DNA of 64,000 bases from NCBI GenBank assembly GCA_963767115.1, contig CAVYCR010000001.1, positions 130,430 to 194,429 on the forward strand, given 5' to 3'. Positions within the stretch are counted from its first letter, which is position 1. Every line of letters begins with the position of its first letter. This stretch comes from Candidatus Kaiserbacteria bacterium (GTDB lineage Bacteria > Patescibacteriota > Minisyncoccia > Phycocordibacterales > UBA2100). The translations under genes were made by a program, and so were the position numbers. Shown here piece after piece: positions 19,260 to 26,068 of this stretch. The notes beneath the pieces are model-generated. The model saw only the letters and a list, made by a program, of their open reading frames with translations, had not been told where the DNA came from and did not search any database.

Positions 19260-19430
19260 GGCCGGAACCTCTGGCATCTCTCTTTGCGAACATGCCGCGA
19301 TAGCTTGCGGCACGACCCCTAAAACAAAAAGCGCCTTGCTAGGCGGTTTTTGTTTTCCACTACTCTATGACGTGGGAATGTGACATCTGCTGCGCGAGGT
19401 TCGCAAAGAGAGATGCCAGAGGTTCCGGCC
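19260..19430. repeat. Foldback element B (conserved-core family; 32-bp perfect arms; embedded bidirectional terminator)
   Basis: Arms 19260-19291 and 19399-19430 are perfect reverse complements. The inner 9 nt of each arm (tttgcgaac / gttcgcaaa) and the 107-nt interior are shared, in inverted orientation, with the elements at 27770-27934 and 51626-51794. The interior hairpin aaaacaaaaagcgcc-ttgcta-ggcggtttttgtttt (19321-19357) is terminator-like on both strands. Confidence 0.85.
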
Positions 19431-19443
19431 CTAGATACCATAG

Positions 19444-19470
19444 AAAACGCCGCGTATGATGCGGCGTTTT
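19444..19470. terminator. Bidirectional intrinsic terminator
   Basis: aaaacgccgc-gtatgat-gcggcgtttt: a 10-bp stem including A/T extensions. Confidence 0.6.
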
Positions 19471-19490
19471 CATACACTGGTAGTTACTGC

Positions 19491-19667
19491 TTAGGCTGTT
19501 CGATAACGTCTGATCGGGATCGTGTTGGTATAACGGGGCTCACTCCTGGCGCGGGGCGAGCGCACCTCAAAACCGTTTTGTCTATCATTGCTTGCGATCT
19601 CGTACGTCTTCCATTCGCTGCCACCTTTCTCGTGCGACCTATCGAAGATGCTCTTGATGTGTTCCAT
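19491..19667 (-). CDS. Small hypothetical protein (58 aa)
   Basis: Below the ORF-track cutoff. Reverse ATG at 19667: MEHIKSIFDRSHEKGGSEWKTYEIASNDRQNGFEVRSP... It ends 20 nt before the 19444-19470 terminator. No clear RBS and no family recognised. Confidence 0.3.
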   Translation of the reverse strand: MEHIKSIFDRSHEKGGSEWKTYEIASNDRQNGFEVRSPRARSEPRYTNTIPIRRYRTA

Positions 19668-19785
19668 GGTTTTATTTGATTAGCGAGACTTCCCCCTCGC
19701 TGCCACTAATTATAGTGACTTACTATGATGCCTCCATGAACGTCCTCTTTTCAATCTCCGCCGCGCTATATGCTATCGTATCTGC

Positions 19786-20583
19786 ATGAGAATCGTTTCA
19801 TGGAACGTCAACGGCCTGCGGAGCGTCCACAAGAAAGGCCTCTTTCTCCCTTTTATTGAAACCTTGCGACCCGATATTGTCGGCCTTCAGGAGACCAAAG
19901 CACAGCAACACGAATCAGAGATTCAATTAGACAGCTATAAGGAATATTGGAATTCAGCCACCAAAAAAGGCTATAGCGGGACAGCGATTTTTAGCCTTGT
20001 TGAGCCATTATCGATCGCTTCCAACTTCCCCGAGAAGATCGTCGAGAAGTTCGATGTACGACCCGATCAATTCGGCGACCCCAATGTCGAGGGTCGGGTA
20101 ATAACGGCAGAATACGAGCATTTTTACCTGGTCAACGTCTACACCCCCAATTCCAAGGGCGACCTAGAGCGCCTCGGGCTCCGCCATAAGCAATGGGATC
20201 CAGCGTTTCTCGCCTATTGCAAGCAGCTTGAGAAGAAAAAGCCCGTAATCTTCTGCGGCGACCTGAATGTAGCGCATACTGTAGACGACCTCGCCAATCC
20301 TAAGGAAAACGAGGGCGAACACGGTTTCACCCCCGAGGAGCGCGAAGGCGTCGACAAGATGATAGAGGCAGGGTTCGTCGATACGTTCCGGCTCTTTACT
20401 CAAGGTAAAGGACACTATAGTTGGTGGACGCCTTGGCGGCAGGCGCGCGAGCGCAATGTGGGTTGGCGGATCGACTATTTCTTCGTAAGCAAATCGCTCG
20501 TCCCGAAGCTCACCGCTGCCACAATCCATAGCGATATCTTTGGTTCCGACCACTGCCCTGTGTCCATCGACCTCGATATATAG
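19786..20583 (+). CDS. xth: Exodeoxyribonuclease III (AP endonuclease)
   Basis: MRIVSWNVNGLRS...LQETK...GDLNVAH...SDHCPV: canonical ExoIII/APE1 family motifs across the full length (265 aa). Confidence 0.9.
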   Translation: MRIVSWNVNGLRSVHKKGLFLPFIETLRPDIVGLQETKAQQHESEIQLDSYKEYWNSATKKGYSGTAIFSLVEPLSIASNFPEKIVEKFDVRPDQFGDPNVEGRVITAEYEHFYLVNVYTPNSKGDLERLGLRHKQWDPAFLAYCKQLEKKKPVIFCGDLNVAHTVDDLANPKENEGEHGFTPEEREGVDKMIEAGFVDTFRLFTQGKGHYSWWTPWRQARERNVGWRIDYFFVSKSLVPKLTAATIHSDIFGSDHCPVSIDLDI

Positions 20584-20590
20584 CCAATTT

Positions 20591-20610
20591 GCAGAGGTCA
20601 GACCTCTGCA
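20591..20610 (+). terminator. Hairpin gcagaggt-caga-cctctgc followed by T-run; repeated at 50465-50483
   Basis: It lies 8 nt after the xth stop, followed by atttta. The 19-nt sequence cagaggtcagacctctgca recurs identically at 50465-50483. Confidence 0.5.
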
Positions 20611-20939
20611 TTTTATAAAGGACAAGTTATCCACACCTATGTCCTTTACAATGTCCTTTAACACGATATTCTTACCACCAGTCGTTCTTCATCATTCTTT
20701 CGCTGTTCAACAACAACGAAATACATAAAGGTACAAAATACCTCAATACAAACAAAAATGTTACGGCCGCCTCTGCAGCCGATTGGATTCGAACGTATTT
20801 TGTCGATATTGTAATTTCGCGCTCTTTCTTGAAGGGCAAAGGATGAAACACTAAGGCGTCTTGTAATGGCAACTTCTCAAATAGAGAAACGAGGAGCTGC
20901 CATACGCAAGACGCCTTTTTATATTTGGTACATAACAGA

Positions 20940-21059
20940 GGGCCGCCTGGCCTGACAGTTACTTTTTCATTCGAGGACCGAACCCGCAGACCGCGAAGCG
21001 GGCGTGAGGGCGCTATGCGTCCCGCAGAATGAAAAAGTAACTGTCAGGCCAGGCGGCCC
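20940..21059. repeat. Long foldback element C (33-bp perfect arms, 54-nt GC-rich interior)
   Basis: 20940-20972 gggccgcctggcctgacagttactttttcattc is the exact reverse complement of 21027-21059. It lies 28 nt downstream of the cca stop (minus strand). Confidence 0.8.
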
Positions 21060-21087
21060 ATATACCGAACGAGCGGCCCCCGCTACA

Positions 21088-22567
21088 TTACGATACGTGG
21101 TGCTTTTTACGTAAGTCCTGTACCGCGGATTCCTCCTCTTGTTCGCGGCGCTCTTTGCCCGCCTCCCCTATTTTCTTAAGGTCTTCGTCGCTTAGTAAAC
21201 GCAGTGCTTCGACACGTTTAGCTAGGTATTCCTCGGTATTTTTCGTCGGATCATCGAGCACTTCCTCCAGAAGCGCATGCAGCATCCACCCTATCCTCGG
21301 GCCTGCACCCTCCCCTATTTCCATGATTTTGGCGCCATTTATCTTGAGCATACCGACCGTTATGGGGTCGCGTAGCGCTTCATCCACCATCGACATGTAT
21401 TTGCGCAGCCTGAAGGGTTGTTCTTTGGGACGGCCGGTGCCAACGCGGTCGCAGATGCGCAGGTCGAGTAGTTCCATGATGTGATCCTTCCCTACGTTGG
21501 CTATGATACGGCGCACAGCGCTCAGGGTGACGGTATCGGGGTCTGAGAAAAACATATGCCACCGGATCAGGGATACGACCGTATCAATCGTTTCCTTGGG
21601 GAAGCGCAGATCGCGCAAGATTTGAGCAGCCATTTTGGCGCCGACTACTTCATGGCCGTAGAAGGTCCAGTCTTTCTTCTCATCTGACCAGCGGCGGGTA
21701 GCAGGCTTCCCGACGTCATGCAGAAGAGCTGCGAGCCGCACCTCTAAAGGCCAATCTTTGTCTGCTGCGCACTGAAGGGAGCGCAGTAGGTGCTCGAAGA
21801 CGTCAAAAGAGTGCGCTTGGTTTTGGTCTATACCGATACCCTCTTCGAGCTCGGGTACTACGTACTTTAAAATACCCAGCTTCTGAGCCACATAAATGGC
21901 TTGCAGCGGCTGCTTGCTCAAGAGGATACGTACAAACTCATCGCGGACACGCTCGCGTGAAATTTTCTCCAATTGCGCTGCGTTCTCCGCTATGCCTTGA
22001 GCTGTCTGCGCATCGATCACGAAATCGAGCTCCGCTGCGATGCGCACCGCGCGCAACATGCGCAGCGCATCTTCATTGAAACGCTCAGAAGGGTTACCGA
22101 CCGCTACGACGACTCTGCGATGCAGGTCTTCCCTGCCGCTATGCTCGTCAACTATCTCGCCGGTATCGGGGTCGTATGCGATCGCGTTGACGGTGAAATC
22201 TCGTCGCTTGAGGTCATCGGAGAGCTTAGTGCTGAAGCGAACCTCGTCAGGATGCCGGGCGTTGGTATACCCGCTCTCGATGCGATACGGCGTCACCTCG
22301 ACTATCTTGAGGCGCGGGTCTATCTGACTCTGTAACGACGCCGACAGTCCCGTAGGAGTTCTCATAGAATGTCTCTGTAAAAAGGCCTTGAATATCTTCA
22401 GGCGTTGCATTGGTCGTAATATCCCAGTCTTTTGGCTCTCGTTTGAGCATGAGGTCGCGCACGCACCCTCCGACGAAGTAGGCTTCAAAACCCGCGCTTT
22501 TGAGTGCTGAGCTGACTGCCAAGACCTCAGACGGCACGTTGAGCGCAATCTTCTCCATGTACTTCAT
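21088..22567 (-). CDS. cca: CCA-adding tRNA nucleotidyltransferase with HD domain; reading frame broken once (+1) as sequenced
   Basis: The N-terminal piece (ORF 22247..22567: AYFVGGCVRDLMLKREPKDWDITT...FYENSYGTVGVV) and the rest (ORF 21088..22548: DPRLKIVEVTPYRIESGYTNARHPDEVRF...RDFTVNAIA...LLHDVGKP) are in different frames. The junction is near 22318-22335. The span is 1480 nt, i.e. 3n+1. Confidence 0.8.
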
Positions 22568-22617
22568 TGTATGCCATTCATTGTGCTGGAGCTAATGCGC
22601 TGTATGATGGACACGAC

Positions 22618-22692
22618 GCTCTCGTAGTGAAACGGATATCACGGCAGTCTTCGGAACTGTTATTCCAGGTTCGAATCCTGGCGGGAGCACCA
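22618..22692 (+). tRNA. tRNA-Arg (anticodon TCG), CCA encoded
   Basis: Manual cloverleaf: acceptor GCTCTCG/CGGGAGC (one G-U), D arm GTGA..TCAC, anticodon arm GCAGT-CTTCGGA-ACTGT, T arm CCAGG-TTCGAAT-CCTGG, then A-CCA. Confidence 0.85.
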
Positions 22693-22697
22693 GGCTG

Positions 22698-22723
22698 AAA
22701 AAGGCAATCTGCATTGCCTTTTT
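22698..22723 (+). terminator. Intrinsic terminator after tRNA-Arg
   Basis: aaaaaggcaat-ctgc-attgccttttt: a 6-bp GC core extended by A/T pairs, followed by a T5 run. Confidence 0.75.
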
Positions 22724-22849
22724 CTGCACTGGTGCTAGTCGGAGCCATGTTCAGCCAGTAGGCTGAACGGCGAGACGGGGTCGCGGAATTTTGCTTGTGG
22801 CGACAGGCAAAATATCCGTGACCACAAGACTTAAAATAAAGACTAGGAA

Positions 22850-22877
22850 TTGCCCCCATCCCCCATTCCTGTATAAT
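22850..22877 (+). promoter_or_regulatory. Candidate sigma70-type promoter for tRNA-Gly(GCC)
   Basis: TTGCCC (22850-22855), a 16-nt spacer, then TATAAT (22872-22877), about 70 nt upstream of the tRNA. Confidence 0.45.
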
Positions 22878-22946
22878 CTAGCGCACTTACCCACCGTCGC
22901 GGTTTCAGCGGGCCTTGCCCGCCGAAGCCCGCTATGGCGGGCGAAG

Positions 22947-23017
22947 GCGGGCATGGTTTAGTGGTAGAACGGCGCCTTGCCAAGGCGCAGACGGGAGTTC
23001 GATTCTCCCTGCCCGCA
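22947..23017 (+). tRNA. tRNA-Gly (anticodon GCC)
   Basis: GCGGGCA...TGCCCGCA acceptor, anticodon arm GCGCC-TTGCCAA-GGCGC, T arm GGGAG-TTCGATT-CTCCC. No encoded CCA. Confidence 0.9.
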
Positions 23018-23296
23018 CAGAAATACAATAGTTCTCGGACATGTACGAGAAAACACGGCGAGAAGTAGTTTCATATAAACCTCATATAAAGGTTTTTTAG
23101 GTAAAACTGGGGAAAACTCTGTGGATATGTGGATTACGGACCATTGATACAGTCCCTTTAGTGTCTTTAATGTCGCTATAAACAGGCTGTTAGACTCTAG
23201 AATCGTGAAATATGTTTCATAAGAAACGTATTTCACGTGAAAAGTATTGTAGGTATATTTGAAAAGTGAGTTAGAATATACCTATGAAATCGGGGT

Positions 23297-23692
23297 ATGG
23301 TTATAAATGATAAGGGTCGCAAAGAGACCGGCCGGATAGGGGAATCCATCGCTGCTCAATTCCTTGAGCGGAAGGGTTTTACAATTCTAGACCGGAATTA
23401 CAGAAAACCGTGGGGCGAGATCGATATAATTGCTGAAAAGGGAGGCGTTGTACGTTTTGTAGAGGTCAAAACCATTTCACGTGAAAACATGGAAGACATT
23501 TCACGTGAAATCTCTGAGTACAGACCCGAAGAGCAGGTACATGCTTTTAAGCTTAAGAAAGTCGCTCGTACAGCAGAAACCTACATGATTGCTCACAAAG
23601 ACAATAGGGAATTCCAGATAGATGTGGTTGGGGTTTTACTCAACAAAAAGACTCGACGCGCACGGTGTCGGCTCTTTGAGCAGGTATTATAG
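23297..23692 (+). CDS. YraN-family (UPF0102) predicted endonuclease
   Basis: GRIGESIAAQFLERKGFTILDRNYRKPWGEIDIIAEKGGVVRFVEVKT matches the conserved YraN core (GE.A..YL...G..I...N.R...GEIDLI......VFVEVK). Confidence 0.8.
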   Translation: MVINDKGRKETGRIGESIAAQFLERKGFTILDRNYRKPWGEIDIIAEKGGVVRFVEVKTISRENMEDISREISEYRPEEQVHAFKLKKVARTAETYMIAHKDNREFQIDVVGVLLNKKTRRARCRLFEQVL

Positions 23693-23786
23693 GGATTGTC
23701 CTATATTGAATATAATGGACATGTGCGTCCTTTAGAGAGTGTTTGACGTCTACCATCCGCCTTCACTTAAGCTTCAGCGGATACTA

Positions 23787-23857
23787 TCGGGCTGCTGGGA
23801 ATCGAACCCAGTCTACATGGTCCCAAACCATGCGTACTACCGGTATACGACAGCCCG
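23787..23857 (-). tRNA. tRNA-Pro (anticodon TGG)
   Basis: Reverse strand: acceptor CGGGCTG/CAGCCCG, anticodon arm CATGG-TTTGGGA-CCATG, T arm CTGGG-TTCGATT-CCCAG, discriminator A. No encoded CCA. Confidence 0.85.
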
Positions 23858-24037
23858 GTTAAGAGATCCTACCACAGAAGTTGAAGTAGGGGAGCCAAAT
23901 GCCAAAGTTTCGTAAGCGAGAAAATCTGATAAGATTGGGCAAACTCGCCGTCGCGAACTACAGCGGGCCTTGCCCGCAGGAGCTCGCTTTGGCGAGCGAG
24001 GGCCCTCCTCCTTCGCCAAGGCTTCGGAGGGGGCAAT

Positions 24038-24108
24038 GCGGGATTAGTTTAGTGGTAAAACGACAGTTTTCCAAACTGTAGTTGGGAGTTCGATTCTCCC
24101 ATCCCGCA
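24038..24108 (+). tRNA. tRNA-Gly (anticodon TCC)
   Basis: GCGGGAT...ATCCCGCA acceptor, anticodon arm ACAGT-TTTCCAA-ACTGT, T arm GGGAG-TTCGATT-CTCCC. No encoded CCA. Confidence 0.9.
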
Positions 24109-24151
24109 CTACTTCGCGACAGAAATGTCGCTTCGAAGTGCACCGCACAAG

Positions 24152-24178
24152 AAAAAACCGTCGATTGAGGGCGACGGT
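24152..24178 (-). terminator. Intrinsic terminator for the 24189..24455 gene
   Basis: The reverse strand reads accgtcg-ccctcaat-cgacggt followed by T6. Confidence 0.65.
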
Positions 24179-24188
24179 TAGTGTGTGA

Positions 24189-24455
24189 TCAAATTTCCTC
24201 GATCACCGTTGAAATTTGGTCTAGAGCGCAGAGAGTTCCAGCTACTTCCTGAAACTCTCTCCTGAAATCAGACGATTTTTCAAAGTACCAACCAAATGTG
24301 CTTCGAACAATATCTCGTTGCTCGGTTGGCTCCATTGCAAACACGTTGTTGAATGCATAAAGCTTTGCATCCCCACGCAGTTTGCTGCAGGTGCAGCAGG
24401 TGTCGCAGTGGTAAAGTTCGACAGAATTGGGCAGCACATGTTTGATGATGTACAT
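24189..24455 (-). CDS. Hypothetical Cys-rich small protein (88 aa)
   Basis: AGGAGG lies 8 nt upstream of the ATG at 24455 (the ORF track starts at the GTG at 24458). A terminator lies directly downstream. The segment is AT-richer. No family recognised. Confidence 0.5.
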   Translation of the reverse strand: MYIIKHVLPNSVELYHCDTCCTCSKLRGDAKLYAFNNVFAMEPTEQRDIVRSTFGWYFEKSSDFRREFQEVAGTLCALDQISTVIEEI

Positions 24456-24679
24456 CACGGCATCCTCCTGTGGCGACGGCCAGTTCTTTGTAAAGATCTG
24501 TTTTCGATGAACTTTCTACGCATAATATACTCTGAATTGAGAATATTGTCAATAACTATGACTATAAATATTTCGATTAATCACTTACTATATCCTTATA
24601 TATAAGCATTTAATCTATATACTCACTATGAGTCATCAAAAATATTGACTATTTATTTTGCTGCCCTATACTTCTATTT

Positions 24680-25414
24680 ATGGAAATAAAAGAGGCTCTT
24701 GCTGCACTTGGTCTGAATGAAAAGGAGGCAGCTGTGTATATGGCGCTTCTCGAGCTCGGGCGGGCTTCCGCTTACTCGGTTTCCACTAGGAGCGGGCTCA
24801 AAAAGCCAACGACCTATGTCATATTGGATGAGTTGATTCGCAAAGGTCTCGCAGTGCAGGTCCCGCGGGAGAAAAAGCAGCTGTATGTGGCGCGGTCGGC
24901 GGAAGAAGCCTTTGGGGTCGCACAAGAACGACTCGATCTCGCGAAAAAGAAACTACCCGAAATCCTTGCACTTACCAAGGGCGAATCGACGAAGGTTAGC
25001 ACGATTTACTTCGAAGGCATTCGTGGCATACAGCAGACGATGGAATACGGGCTCAAAGCGATGAAAGGGAAAGAGATCGTAGGATTTTATGCGATCGCGC
25101 CGGATGAAAACACGGATCTGAATGCATATTTCAAAGAATGGAACGACTTGCGCCACTCACTCGGCATCCGGATGCGCGGTATCGCGCCGGAACATGCGAA
25201 TCTCAAGGAATATCGAGATGACGACGCTGAAATGGGCCGTGAATTCAAATCAGTGCCATACGAGGAGTTCTCATCGGAGATCGCAATCGATGCGACCGAC
25301 ACGACGGTCCGCATTCAAGATTACAAGAATTTGCAAGGGATCGTCATTGAAAATAGGGAAGTCGCCAAGACTTTGCGGGAGATCTTCGAGATGGCATGGA
25401 AGAATTTGCGCTAG
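24680..25414 (+). CDS. TrmB-family transcriptional regulator
   Basis: N-terminal winged HTH LGLNEKEAAVYMALLELGRASAYSVSTRSGLKKPTTYVILDELIRKGLA is typical of the TrmB family. 244 aa. Confidence 0.8.
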   Translation: MEIKEALAALGLNEKEAAVYMALLELGRASAYSVSTRSGLKKPTTYVILDELIRKGLAVQVPREKKQLYVARSAEEAFGVAQERLDLAKKKLPEILALTKGESTKVSTIYFEGIRGIQQTMEYGLKAMKGKEIVGFYAIAPDENTDLNAYFKEWNDLRHSLGIRMRGIAPEHANLKEYRDDDAEMGREFKSVPYEEFSSEIAIDATDTTVRIQDYKNLQGIVIENREVAKTLREIFEMAWKNLR

Positions 25415-25478
25415 ATGTGGTATGGAACACAAAACCCGCCTTGCGGGCGAGTCTGTGCGTTCTCGAGAAAGTAAGAAT

Positions 25479-25756
25479 CTATTTCACTGCGTCCTTCAAG
25501 GTCTTCGAAGCGCGGAATTTCGGCACTTTCATCGTCTTGATCTGAATCGTCTGCGCCGGTGCGCGGGTTGCGACCCGTGCGACCGGCGCGGGTCTTCGCC
25601 TCAAAAATTCCCAAGCCTGCGATAGAAACTTCTTCGCCGCTGCTTGAGATGCTCGGTAATGGCCATGATGATCGCCTCTACCGCGCGCTCGCCGTCGGCC
25701 TTGGTGCAGCCGATCGTTGAGGCAACCTTCTCAACCAAATCCATTTTATTTGCCAT
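25479..25756 (-). CDS. hup: HU-family DNA-binding protein; reading frame broken twice (+1, +1) as sequenced
   Basis: Three consecutive frames together spell a complete HU protein: MANKMDLVEKVASTIGCTKADGERAVEAIIMAITEHLKQ | GEEVSIAGLGIFEAKTRAGRTGRNPRTG | QTIQIKTMKVPKFRASKTLKDAVK*. Junctions lie near 25636-25642 and 25551-25557. The span is 278 nt, i.e. 3n+2. Confidence 0.8.
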
Positions 25757-25896
25757 ATGTTTTATCGTTATGATGAATAAATGCATTATATCCCTCGACC
25801 AAACCTAAGTACCATTTTGAGCCCTATTTTGATGATGTCAATCAAAAATCATTGTGCTATCCACAGGTAGGAATTGGCTTAACAAAGGCTTGAATA

Positions 25897-26068
25897 TGGC
25901 AATTCGCCACGTCGCAGGGGTTTTGCAAACTGTTCGTACTTGCCCAAGTGACGTACCTAAAAAATTATCAAGGTGAAGCCTTGATAATTTTTTCTACTGC
26001 CAATTTCATAGCCGTCTCTTTTTCGCTGCGCGAGGTTCGCAAAACCCCTGCGACGTGGCGAATTGCCA
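25897..26068. repeat. Foldback element D (variant of the conserved-core family; 34-bp arms, 1 mismatch)
   Basis: Arms 25897-25930 and 26035-26068 are complementary except for one A/C position. It shares the termini ttttgcaaac ... gctgcgcgag-gttcgcaaaa with element B but has a different interior hairpin, aaaaaattatcaagg-tgaag-ccttgataatttttt. Its right arm abuts the rny stop codon at 26069. Confidence 0.8.

Noticed and set aside
19380-19679. 99-aa plus-strand ORF downstream of the xerC-family gene.
   Set aside because: Its 5' part is the right arm of foldback B. A short minus-strand ORF flanked by a terminator explains the region at least as well.
20620-20640. Perfect DnaA-box-like TTATCCACA at about 20628 (plus near-matches at about 23120 and 25858), considered as evidence for oriC.
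   Set aside because: These are single isolated boxes with no cluster or AT-rich unwinding element next to them. The dnaA-flanking intergenic regions (46527-46561 and 48062-48174) are short and show no boxes. An origin cannot be supported from this window.
22578-23236. ORFs 22578..22859, 22751..22954, 22843..23028 and 22958..23236 on the minus strand.
   Set aside because: They run across two tRNA genes, a terminator and a promoter-like region, and show no coding signal.
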